A stretch of DNA of 64,000 nucleotides from a virus. Below, one piece after another: positions 37,967 to 46,166 of this stretch. The stretch's first letter is position 1; every line of letters begins with the position of its first letter. A program made the translations under genes and the position numbers. The stretch is from IMG/VR virus record IMGVR_UViG_3300022843_000013, positions 1 through 64,000 of that record. One strand, given 5' to 3'. Below the pieces are notes generated by a model that was given only the letters and a program-made list of their open reading frames with translations, made no database searches and had not been told where the DNA came from.

Positions 37967-38176
37967 TTAAGTCATGACGTTAGGGTCAATTCCATCTACC
38001 CAAAAGGTTCTCGCTTTAGATACCTGGGAAAACCCGACACACATCAGGATTGAAAAAACCTCTCCTTCATGAGCTGAAGCTAATCGTTCAGCCTCGATCC
38101 GAGCACTAATAATCGTTTGGTGGCGGACTTGTGGCGATGTCCCCCCTTCGCGCAAGACGTAGTAATATGTTGTCAT
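37967..38176 (-). CDS. Small conserved phage protein
   Basis: P.VRH....A..EAERLA..H.G..F motif; start MTTYYY directly after repeat copy 3. Confidence 0.65.
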   Translation of the reverse strand: MTTYYYVLREGGTSPQVRHQTIISARIEAERLASAHEGEVFSILMCVGFSQVSKARTFWVDGIDPNVMT

Positions 38177-38218
38177 TTCGCCAGCAATGCCCGTCCAATT
38201 CAATGGTCCGGGCGGTTG
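38173..38218 (-). repeat. Hairpin leader repeat, copy 3
   Basis: On the - strand CCGCCCGGACCATTGAATTGGACGGGCATTGCTGGCGAA-ATG. Confidence 0.8.
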
Positions 38219-38243
38219 TAACTGTCCGACGCTACGGACCCTC

Positions 38244-38726
38244 TTAGGGCCGAAGGTCAGGGGAGTTCGCATCAGAAACAACGACCTCCGCCTTGAGTAG
38301 CTCGACCGTGTTCCTGAATGCGCGCTCCAACATCTCTGGCGTCATCTCCAAATCATAGACGCTACCGCTCCGCGCCATCCCTGCCATCACGCAGTCCGAT
38401 ATGTATTCGATCACGTCGAGAAGATTCACATCCTCTGGCACTCCGTCCTCTTGTCCGAGATGGTGTCGGTGAATCTTTCTATGATTGTCCCACCATCCAG
38501 TTTTCTCGAATCCTGTGATGAAGTCATCATGGAACCAGTCGATTGCCGTTAGCTTGTCGTAGTCGTGCTCCCCAGCGGCCTCGGTGAGTTTGCCGATGAA
38601 GAACGCCATGGCTTTTACTACGTCGCCGATATGGGTGCGACTGGAAGCTAAAAGCGTTTCCTTGGTGGTGTTGGCGTAGTCGCAGGTCCGTGTGTCTGCG
38701 GTGGCGGATTTGGTTATTGGTATCAT
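38244..38726 (-). CDS. DUF5662-like HD-type protein
   Basis: HI..V, HDxDK, H...HRHH, LLDVIEYISD..MAG..R; start MIPITK at 38726; ends in attC-3. Confidence 0.65.
   Translation of the reverse strand: MIPITKSATADTRTCDYANTTKETLLASSRTHIGDVVKAMAFFIGKLTEAAGEHDYDKLTAIDWFHDDFITGFEKTGWWDNHRKIHRHHLGQEDGVPEDVNLLDVIEYISDCVMAGMARSGSVYDLEMTPEMLERAFRNTVELLKAEVVVSDANSPDLRP
38248..38272 (+). mobile_element. attC-3 (right half only)
   Basis: GGTCAGGGGA-GTTCGCAT; this core is the exact complement of the attC-4 left core. Confidence 0.6.
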
Positions 38727-38750
38727 AAAGGGTTTAGGTAATTCGGAAGA

Positions 38751-38852
38751 ATGCGAACAAGTCGGCGCTGGCAACAGATGCCAGCGGTGAAGTTTGGTTA
38801 GGAATCGGAGTCGGCTCCCGCTGGTAGCGGTGCCACACCTTGGACGTTCTCC
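38751..38852 (+). mobile_element. attC-4
   Basis: ATGCGAAC-AAG..TGGCAAC..CCAGCGG / CCGCTGG..GTGCCA..CTT..GTTCTCC. Confidence 0.85.
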
Positions 38853-38866
38853 ATAGAAATAACACA

Positions 38867-39163
38867 ATGAAAACCACCCAAGAAGTCTACGACGCCCTCG
38901 TGGCATACATGAACAAGTTCACCGAACCAGCGAGTTCCTGGTATGCAGGAATTGCAGCCGATCCACGGGACAGATTGTTCAGCGATCATAATGTTAATGA
39001 AACGAATGGTCAGTGGGCGTTCGATACATGCTCAACAGACACTGACGCCAGAGCTGTCGAGGCCGCCATGTTGAAGCTCGGCTGCAAGGGCGGCGGCGGT
39101 GGCGGCGACCACACGACCAAGAGTTGTTATGTCTATTTTATCACCAACTCGACCGTCGAGTGA
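38867..39163 (+). CDS. Cassette gene, 98 aa, possible GIY-YIG-like fold (copy 1)
   Basis: ATG about 20 nt after the attC GTT, in normal cassette orientation; WYAGIAADPRDRL..H...ARAVE motif. Confidence 0.75.
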   Translation: MKTTQEVYDALVAYMNKFTEPASSWYAGIAADPRDRLFSDHNVNETNGQWAFDTCSTDTDARAVEAAMLKLGCKGGGGGGDHTTKSCYVYFITNSTVE

Positions 39164-39334
39164 TGGGCACGGAAACTCATGCGGGTGATTTTCGGCTGAC
39201 ATGACCTCGCCTGTCTCGACATCCACTGTCTCGATCCGAACAGATATTCTAGTTTTAATATTCATTTTGTTTTTAGCGGTCTTGCATTCCGAACTCACCA
39301 CTCAAAGGCAGGTGACGCCTAAGAAAATTAAGAA

Positions 39335-39463
39335 GGAGAACAAGACGGTGGTGGACAACCGCCACCAGCCCCACTGTTTACATGATCCTGCGTAGCCACA
39401 ACCTCAACCCTGTTTTCGGAGTCGGCTCCCGCTGGTAGCGGTGCCACACCTTGGACGTTCTCC
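39335..39463 (+). mobile_element. attC-5
   Basis: GGAGAAC-AAG..TGGACAACCGCCACCAGC / GCTGGTAGCGGTGCCA..CTT..GTTCTCC. Confidence 0.85.
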
Positions 39464-39477
39464 ATAGAAATAACACA

Positions 39478-39774
39478 ATGAAAACCACCCAAGAAGTCTA
39501 CGACGCCCTCGTGGCATACATGAACAAGTTCACCGAACCAGCGAGTTCCTGGTATGCAGGAATTGCAGCCGATCCACGGGACAGATTGTTCAGCGATCAT
39601 AATGTTAATGAAACGAATGGTCAGTGGGCGTTCGATACATGCTCAACAGACACTGACGCCAGAGCTGTCGAGGCCGCCATGTTGAAGCTCGGCTGCAAGG
39701 GCGGCGGCGGTGGCGGCGACCACACGACCAAGAGTTGTTATGTCTATTTTATCACCAACTCGACCGTCGAGTGA
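39478..39774 (+). CDS. Cassette gene, identical copy 2
   Basis: Identical to 38867..39163. Confidence 0.75.
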   Translation: MKTTQEVYDALVAYMNKFTEPASSWYAGIAADPRDRLFSDHNVNETNGQWAFDTCSTDTDARAVEAAMLKLGCKGGGGGGDHTTKSCYVYFITNSTVE

Positions 39775-39938
39775 TGGGCACGGAAACTCATGCGGGTGAT
39801 TTTCGGCTGACATGACCTCGCCTGTCTCGACATCCACTGTCTCGATCCGAACAGATATTCTAGTTTTAATATTCATTTTGTTTTTAGCGGTCTTGCATTC
39901 CGAACTCACCACTCAAAGGCAGGTGACGCCTAAGAAAA

Positions 39939-40334
39939 TTAAGAAGGAGAACAAGACGGTGGTGGACAACCGCCACCAGCCCCACTGTTTACATGATCCT
40001 GCGTAGCCACAACCTCAACCCTGTTTTCGGAGTCGGCTCCCGCTGGTAGCGGTGCCACACCTTGGACGTTCTCTGGGGAAAATAAAAGACCTGACATCAA
40101 GACCGGAACGTGACCGTTGCCCGAAAATAGCGTCGAGTCCCCGGGTGCGTAATCATCAAACCAAACGCACAGACCGCGCTCGGGGTGATCATATATCTCT
40201 ATTGGTTGCTCGCCGTCGTAATCCCTGCCGTCAGCGTTCGAAACTGTCCAGAAACCAGAGAACAAGGCATCGCTGCCAATGACTACCGCGTCGGAGTTAT
40301 TGGCGATTTCGGAGTTATTTTGCGCGGTATTCAT
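39939..40334 (-). CDS. Hypothetical protein starting in attC-7 and reading through attC-6
   Basis: MNTAQNNSE start at 40334; the C-terminal ENVQGVAPLPAGA...PPPSCSPS is the antisense translation of attC-6. Confidence 0.5.
   Translation of the reverse strand: MNTAQNNSEIANNSDAVVIGSDALFSGFWTVSNADGRDYDGEQPIEIYDHPERGLCVWFDDYAPGDSTLFSGNGHVPVLMSGLLFSPENVQGVAPLPAGADSENRVEVVATQDHVNSGAGGGCPPPSCSPS
39946..40076 (+). mobile_element. attC-6
   Basis: Same as attC-5 up to GTTCTC, then diverges (GTTCTCTGG). Confidence 0.85.
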
Positions 40335-40356
40335 GGTAGGATTTAAGCGTTCGCGC
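40255..40356 (+). mobile_element. attC-7
   Basis: CCAGAGAAC-AAG..CTGCCAATGACTACCGCG / CGCGGTATTCATGGTAG...GTTCGCGC; one unpaired base in the L box. Confidence 0.85.
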
Positions 40357-40587
40357 TTAGAACCAGCGCCAGTTTTGAGGCATCGTTTGCCATTCAAATC
40401 TCATTTGCTTTGCCGCACAACCGCTTGGCCGGTATGCTGGGTCTTTTGCGTAAACTGGGTGGGGTTTAATCGCCAGCCTCCTCACTAAAAGCCAACGGAC
40501 GGAGCGAACAAGGCGATGATGATACGCCCTTAATCGTTGGAACTTTTGGGGCGTGGCGGTAGTTGGTGGTGATTCTTGCGTGTTCAT
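40357..40587 (-). CDS. Small hypothetical protein starting in the attC-8 remnant
   Basis: ATGA overlap with the recQ stop. Confidence 0.45.
   Translation of the reverse strand: MNTQESPPTTATPQKFQRLRAYHHRLVRSVRWLLVRRLAIKPHPVYAKDPAYRPSGCAAKQMRFEWQTMPQNWRWF
40502..40553 (+). mobile_element. attC-8 (left half only)
   Basis: GAGCGAAC-AAGGCGATGATGATACGCC; core complements the attC-7 right core at 7/8 positions. Confidence 0.55.
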
Positions 40588-42302
40588 CGATTCAAGTGTT
40601 GTTCCAGAAACGTGTGCTTCATGTCGTCTGACTGGTTCGCGTAAGTCAAAACCAGCTGCAGATCGGCCTCGGCGGACCTAGCCTTGTCGTCGAGCCGTCG
40701 GAATGCCTCCGCCGGGATGTCATCGGGTGACAGGCCCAGCCTGAGGGGCTTTGAAGTCGACGGCCTAACCCACTCGATCTTACCGTCGCTGCTCATCTTA
40801 CGCAGATGGCCGGCTACCGTCTGGGGCGCCCGACTGAGTTGCTCGGCCAGCTCGTCCAAGTTTATCTGAACCCACCCGTCATCCCCTTCCAATCCGATAT
40901 CATAAATGGCGTCTCGCGCTTTCTTGTCCGTAGGAGTGAGGGACGGAATGTTCTCAGCGAAACGGACGCGTGACTTGCGTGCGGCACTCTCGTCATTAAT
41001 GAACATGCGTTCGCCGTGGCAGAAAGCCATTATCGACTGCACCGCGAATGTATCGACGCCAGCTTGTCGGGCTATGTCGTCACGCTTCGCCGTAATAATA
41101 CCGCTGGATCCCTCGCGCATACTCTTGGCTGCGGCCCAGAATTTCCGTATGTCTTCCTGGGACGGACTACCGCATCGGATGAAGTGTCGCTGCGTGCGAA
41201 CGCCCTCCTTGGTCGGAATAATCGTGCAGAAAGAATCCGCACCGTCCCGACCTGCGCGCCCGAACTCTTGCGTGTAAGCCACTAGCGTCCCTGGTATGTC
41301 GAAGTGGACTACGGACCTAATGTCGCCCTTGTCTACGCCCATACCGAAGGCGCACGTGGCTACGATGATAGCGTCCGGAGACGCCATGAACTTGTCCTGC
41401 TGGTAAGTTCGATCTTTCGTGGACATCTTTCCGTGGTAGAACAGGATGTCCCGATCTGTGTAAGACTGCAGGGTGGACGCGTAGAGCTCCACGCGCTTTG
41501 TAGTGGACGCGTAAACAATCGTCGCCCCCGGGCAGTTCTCAAGCAACCATTGATACTGGTCGGATTGATTTTCGGTGAATAGGGACGACAGGTGCAGGTT
41601 AGTCCGTCTCGGGTAGTGGTAGATTAACTCCGCCCCCTCGATACCAAGACCGGCTCGGCATTCAGCCTCAGCGTCGGACGAGAGCGTAGCTGAGAAAGCT
41701 GCGACAACTTTGGGAGCGACGTCCTGAATCATGAGGCCCGCGGACTTATAGCCGGGACGGAAGGTGTCGGCCCAGTCCGCGAATGTGTGGCACTCGTCGA
41801 GGGCTACGAAATCAGGAGGATACTGTCGCACCACGTTAGCCCACTCCGGGTTGGCGAATCGCTCCGGGGAGACGAGCATAAACTGCAGGTCGCCCGCCGC
41901 CCAATCCCGGAGGACCGAAGCGTTGTGCCCGTCAGTCTCGGCGCTGGATATCGTCGCAGCGGCCAGTCCTTTGCGCTGCATCGAGGTTGACTGATCCCTC
42001 ATCAGGGCGATAAGCGGGTATATGATGATAGTCTTCCACCCCATGCACAACGTGGGGACCACGAAGCATGCGGACTTACCTAAGGAAGTCGGCAGTATCA
42101 CCACGGAATCTCGGCCCGTCATGATGGATTTGACCGCGCGGTCCTGACCTGGTCGGAGGCTTTCGAACCCGAGTTGATTCAGGACGTAGGGCATCTTCTT
42201 CATACCCTCTGCATATGCTTTCACTTGACCCATGGTAGCGACTTCTTTTCTAGATTCGATCTTGATGTCTTTCGACGATGTTTTTTTTACAGCTGGTGGC
42301 AT
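40584..42302 (-). CDS. recQ: RecQ-family helicase
   Basis: LRPGQ, PTSLGKS, SPER, DECH...W...FRP, SAT, ATCAFGMGVDK.DIR, QEFGRAGRDG. Confidence 0.93.
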   Translation of the reverse strand: MPPAVKKTSSKDIKIESRKEVATMGQVKAYAEGMKKMPYVLNQLGFESLRPGQDRAVKSIMTGRDSVVILPTSLGKSACFVVPTLCMGWKTIIIYPLIALMRDQSTSMQRKGLAAATISSAETDGHNASVLRDWAAGDLQFMLVSPERFANPEWANVVRQYPPDFVALDECHTFADWADTFRPGYKSAGLMIQDVAPKVVAAFSATLSSDAEAECRAGLGIEGAELIYHYPRRTNLHLSSLFTENQSDQYQWLLENCPGATIVYASTTKRVELYASTLQSYTDRDILFYHGKMSTKDRTYQQDKFMASPDAIIVATCAFGMGVDKGDIRSVVHFDIPGTLVAYTQEFGRAGRDGADSFCTIIPTKEGVRTQRHFIRCGSPSQEDIRKFWAAAKSMREGSSGIITAKRDDIARQAGVDTFAVQSIMAFCHGERMFINDESAARKSRVRFAENIPSLTPTDKKARDAIYDIGLEGDDGWVQINLDELAEQLSRAPQTVAGHLRKMSSDGKIEWVRPSTSKPLRLGLSPDDIPAEAFRRLDDKARSAEADLQLVLTYANQSDDMKHTFLEQHLNR

Positions 42303-42766
42303 GATGATAATTGGACTGCGGTTACGACGCTAGTTCTTCCGTCTTCGGTGACTACGGTGTGGAATATCCCGCGTATGGGGAGATTCCACACCGACCTGAT
42401 GAACGGTGTGTCTCGTTGGCTCGAAGCGGCAACGAGCCATATGGCGTCTTTGCCGCTTCGCTGCGTGTCTTTTACGACCCACACTTCCCCGGACGAGCAC
42501 AGCATCTCGTCAACGAACTCGGAAACCATTCCCGGCTTAGAGTTCATGATGCTGTTGGCGACATCCACTTCCCAGGCATACAGGCCGACAACTTCGGACA
42601 CGAGCATACTTTGATACGGGGGAATTCCGTCCATTTCTGAGTAGCGCTCGCATACTTCTTCAACGGTCTCTAGAGGGGACACGCCGAGTATGGAGGCTAG
42701 AGTGCGGGCTACTCCGGTTCCGGAGGCCTTCACTACCTTGGGTGTTATTTTCTTACGTGGTGGCAT
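42287..42766 (-). CDS. Hypothetical protein
   Basis: Overlap-coupled ORF. Confidence 0.6.
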   Translation of the reverse strand: MPPRKKITPKVVKASGTGVARTLASILGVSPLETVEEVCERYSEMDGIPPYQSMLVSEVVGLYAWEVDVANSIMNSKPGMVSEFVDEMLCSSGEVWVVKDTQRSGKDAIWLVAASSQRDTPFIRSVWNLPIRGIFHTVVTEDGRTSVVTAVQLSSCHQL

Positions 42767-44403
42767 TACTGTATTGTTGGTGGCTTCTCCTCTGCCTCTC
42801 CCTGCTCGTCTGCGGTCGCCTCAACTAGCCCCTCGACCATACCGGCAATCTCGTCGAGATCGTCGTCATCTTCATCCGGTGGCTTTTCCTCGTCTACCGG
42901 CTCCTCGTAGCCTTCAATGCCGAGCGCTGCACCGACGAATTCCAACTCGTTCGGGTTTGCGTATAGAGCGGCGTACAACGCCTCGTCGGTGACGGCTACG
43001 CATCCAAGCACGTCGCACGTGTAGCGGGGACCTGCGGACATGTTGGCGGTGTTGACGGTCGTCCCGAGAAGTCCGCGCTTGACCATAAACGAGGCAAACC
43101 CGGGGGCGTAGGACAACGGGCGCCCGTAGGTTTCCTTGGTGTCTTCGTATTTGTCATAGTAAAGCGCGAAGTCGCACTGTCGGAGCTTTGCCCCGTAGCT
43201 ATTCTTGATCATCGTCAGGCGGACGTTCTGCCCGTATGTGAGTTTATCTCCTGACTTTTCCTTAATGTCCCCGACGCCCATCAGCGTGAACCTGTAGGCG
43301 CAGAACTGACGGAACGCCCGCCCGCCGATGCGCGTGTCGTTTTTAGTCTCGGAAGGTGTCATGAATGAAGGTAGGGATTTCTTCATATCGACGCGCTCGT
43401 TCTGGTGGTTTACGTAGATCATGACGCAGTTATACTCATCCATGAACTCTCCCATCTCTCGCTTAGTGACCTGAGCGTGTTTTGAGTGCCCCATATTGGA
43501 CCCAGAGAGGGCGTCTTTCGGCGCCTCTTTCTTAGCGTTCGCCGGTAAGCCCCAGCTTGATCGACCCACGGCCTCCGCGGAAGACTTAAGGCTGGACCAA
43601 GGGTCGACCACCACGAATATGGGGTTGCCCTTCGTCTCCGGGTTCTCGTCGCATCTCTTGCGAAGCTCGGGAACGGTTTGCTTGATCGTGTTGTCACACT
43701 CGACAAGCTGTCGGGCGCTGGAGAACTCGATAGTATTCAGGAGAAGCGCGGCCGTCTTCTTGTTTTTGTGCAGGATCCTGGAGATGTGCTCCGGCTTCAT
43801 CTGTTTGTTCTCGCACTCGATATAGAGGGAGTAGCAGCCCATCATGGACGCCCTCCCCAAGAAGTCGAATATCCATGTGGTCTTCCCTACGGAGTCTGGG
43901 GCTACCATCTCGATGGCGGTAGGCGTGCGCAGACCGATGCATCCGATGACGTTCTGCATGCCGATCTCCTCGAACGGAAAAAGTGTCTTACGTAGCATTG
44001 AGGGCGTGTATAAGCGGACGGGCCGCTTGGCGGACCTCTCGTTCAAGATGTCCATCGTTTTGTTCACGTTCTCCGCCATGCTGTGCAGAACTTTTCCTTG
44101 GTTATCGGACGTTATGCGACGCTTGATGGTTTGATTCTTGGAACTCAAAAGGTCGGGTTTGTAGGACGGTCTTTTCTTGGCTGCCTTTTTGGCTGCCTTT
44201 TTAGCGACCTTCTTGGCTGCGACCTTTTTAGCGGCTTTCTTAGCGGCTTTCTTGGCGGGCACCCTCTTGGCTACCTTATCGTTGGCTGTCTTATCGTTGG
44301 CTGCCTTAATGGTTTCGTATATCTTCAATGAGATTTCCGCTGATGTGGCGGTGGTTTTATTTTCCTCCGGCTCCTTTTCTGAAGTCTTTTCGTTTTCGTT
44401 CAT
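42766..44403 (-). CDS. RecA/UvsX-like recombinase with a histone-like N-terminal extension
   Basis: Walker A PDSVGKTT, YIECE, Walker B VVVD, YVNH, GGRAF, KNSYG; KKAAKK repeats. Confidence 0.85.
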   Translation of the reverse strand: MNENEKTSEKEPEENKTTATSAEISLKIYETIKAANDKTANDKVAKRVPAKKAAKKAAKKVAAKKVAKKAAKKAAKKRPSYKPDLLSSKNQTIKRRITSDNQGKVLHSMAENVNKTMDILNERSAKRPVRLYTPSMLRKTLFPFEEIGMQNVIGCIGLRTPTAIEMVAPDSVGKTTWIFDFLGRASMMGCYSLYIECENKQMKPEHISRILHKNKKTAALLLNTIEFSSARQLVECDNTIKQTVPELRKRCDENPETKGNPIFVVVDPWSSLKSSAEAVGRSSWGLPANAKKEAPKDALSGSNMGHSKHAQVTKREMGEFMDEYNCVMIYVNHQNERVDMKKSLPSFMTPSETKNDTRIGGRAFRQFCAYRFTLMGVGDIKEKSGDKLTYGQNVRLTMIKNSYGAKLRQCDFALYYDKYEDTKETYGRPLSYAPGFASFMVKRGLLGTTVNTANMSAGPRYTCDVLGCVAVTDEALYAALYANPNELEFVGAALGIEGYEEPVDEEKPPDEDDDDLDEIAGMVEGLVEATADEQGEAEEKPPTIQ

Positions 44404-44429
44404 AGTAATTTGAGATGGGTAAAAGTTAG

Positions 44430-44461
44430 AAAAGGCCGAGCAGCGGGGCTGCTCGGCCTTT
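44430..44461 (-). terminator. Intrinsic terminator
   Basis: AAAGGCCGAGCAGC/GCTGCTCGGCCTTT perfect stem with a T-run. Confidence 0.8.
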
Positions 44462-44491
44462 GGTAGTAGAGTGCGTGTGCGCTCTCTTGTG

Positions 44492-46105
44492 TTAGTCCAG
44501 GAGTAGGATCACCTCATCAAGGAGAGGCTGCGGGACTTGGACGGATGCGTCTCCTCCGGTTACTTCGTAGACACGGCGTGCCCAGCTATCAACGGACGCC
44601 TTCACGTCCTCGGAGAGTGCGGCGTAAGCGTCGTCGTCAAACGGGTTGCGGCGGATCTTAAGGATAGCATCCTCCGGGCTTTCCTGGTCGGACCCGCCCA
44701 TAGGCGGCGGTGTGTCCTCCATAGCAGGTGGCGTGTCCTCCATGGGCGGCGGTGCATCCTCCGTAGGGCGTGCGATCTCAAACAGACCACACACAGCGAT
44801 ACCTACCCAAGTGGACCCGTCGACGCAAACTTTGTAGTTGTCGGCTTTCCCGGATTCGTAGACTTGCTGTAGCTCAGCGCAGGTGCGCTTCTTGGGGGCC
44901 TCACCTTTAACGCCGGACCAATACTTTTCGCCGCTTTCCTTAGCCGGGCCAGGATCTGGGGATCTCTCTACAGGAGCTGACGCAGGCGCTTTGTCCACGG
45001 GGGCCCCTTGCGCGGGGACGAAGGATTCGGACGCCCCGCCTGTAACAGCGGAAAGCGGATCCACGAAGCTCGCCGCGGGCTTAGACGCCGCGGGAGAGTT
45101 AGAGATCAACGAGCGCTTGCGGCGCTCAGGAATTTCACAGCGATGCCCGCACGCCTCTCGGATCATCTCCGTAGTGACCTCCTCCGCGTAGCTGTTCACC
45201 ATGTATTCCACTTGTTCCTCGTAGGTGGGGAAGTTCCAGTTGTTCGGGTCGCACAGCGGGAAACGCTTCGCGAGGACATCATCCGTGATGGTCGTCTCCT
45301 TTGGACGATCGTCGAGGTATCCCCGAGACTCGGTCAGGCACAGCACGTTTGTCTCCGTGTTATCCTTGGCGTCAACCTTGAATTTGGAGACGTGAAACGG
45401 AAGCGCCTTCTTAGGGTTGGTGGGGTCTCCGATGAGATAGCGCGGGTAGTTCGGATCACGAGGCTGCGCGTTACCCTCGTGAAGCCATCTGAGCTGCTCC
45501 ACGACGTAGGAGTGCGCCGTGCCGGTGTAGAGAAGGACCTGCATACGCTTTTCCTTGTTCTTGTTGTCGCTCCCGTAACCGAGAGAAACGTATCGCGACG
45601 ATCGGTTGGGAACGAGAGCGTCGGTGCGAGCGTCAGGCTTGGACAAGAAGAAATCTTTCTGGTCTTTGGTGAACTCTTTGTGAAACCTGACCCAGGTTTT
45701 GAGATCGTCGAATGCGTCCGCCAACTGATCGCGACCGCATTCGCCTCCGCCGATCATGTTTCCTCGGTTCTGAGGGGACAGCCAGTGCTCCTTTTTCTCA
45801 CCCAAGAACGGGTAGACGATGAGGGGGACCGCCCAAGAAGACGGAGCGAAGTGCCTGCCGTCGTGCGCATCGGTGACATCAGTCCAGCACGGAGCGACGG
45901 ATGTAGGGAAGGCCTGGTCCTCGGTGTCTAGGTTGTAGTAGTCGTGCGAAGGGAGGATGATAGTGTCAAGCTGTTCCTTTACGGAGCCGGCGCCGATCAT
46001 CTCGATGCTGTAGCCGAGTCCACGAAGTTTCTTTGAGAGCAGCGGGCGATAGTCGCCCTCTCCCCAGATCTTAGTTTCGTCGGTGATTGGAATAAATTTA
46101 GCCAT
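44492..46105 (-). CDS. Hypothetical replication-module protein (possible ssDNA-binding protein)
   Basis: Adjacent to the RecA-like gene and flanked by terminators; globular N-terminus with Pro/acidic linkers; function inferred from context only. Confidence 0.5.
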   Translation of the reverse strand: MAKFIPITDETKIWGEGDYRPLLSKKLRGLGYSIEMIGAGSVKEQLDTIILPSHDYYNLDTEDQAFPTSVAPCWTDVTDAHDGRHFAPSSWAVPLIVYPFLGEKKEHWLSPQNRGNMIGGGECGRDQLADAFDDLKTWVRFHKEFTKDQKDFFLSKPDARTDALVPNRSSRYVSLGYGSDNKNKEKRMQVLLYTGTAHSYVVEQLRWLHEGNAQPRDPNYPRYLIGDPTNPKKALPFHVSKFKVDAKDNTETNVLCLTESRGYLDDRPKETTITDDVLAKRFPLCDPNNWNFPTYEEQVEYMVNSYAEEVTTEMIREACGHRCEIPERRKRSLISNSPAASKPAASFVDPLSAVTGGASESFVPAQGAPVDKAPASAPVERSPDPGPAKESGEKYWSGVKGEAPKKRTCAELQQVYESGKADNYKVCVDGSTWVGIAVCGLFEIARPTEDAPPPMEDTPPAMEDTPPPMGGSDQESPEDAILKIRRNPFDDDAYAALSEDVKASVDSWARRVYEVTGGDASVQVPQPLLDEVILLLD

Positions 46106-46124
46106 AGTAGTATTTTTTTTAGAT

Positions 46125-46156
46125 GGAAAGGGCAGACGTGAATGTCCGCCCTTTCC
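46125..46156. terminator. Stem-loop
   Basis: GGAAAGGGC.GAC/GTC.GCCCTTTCC. Confidence 0.6.
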
Positions 46157-46166
46157 GGTTGTTTTG

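Larger units (their letters stand above)
38805..40073. repeat. Exact tandem duplication, 611-bp period (2 units plus a 47-bp third start)
   Basis: Units start at 38805, 39416 and 40027; identical ORFs are 611 bp apart. Confidence 0.95.

Noticed and set aside
39032-39301. Minus-strand ORF MNIKTRISV... inside the duplicated cassette (also 39643..39912)
   Set aside because: It overlaps the + strand gene antisense by about 130 nt and has no recognisable motif. It may be a truncated phage gene but is not supportable as a CDS.
36333-40073. CRISPR interpretation of the repeats
   Set aside because: Spacing is hundreds of bp and contains genes; no cas genes are present.
38805-40073. IS element or composite transposon
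   Set aside because: No transposase, terminal inverted repeats or target duplication; the period matches the attC crossover points.
40560-40590. TCTTGCGTGTTCATC as the right arm of attC-8
   Set aside because: The L boxes do not pair convincingly, so the site is kept as a half site.
44700-44770. PPxMEDT triple repeat
   Set aside because: Ordinary low-complexity linker inside a protein.
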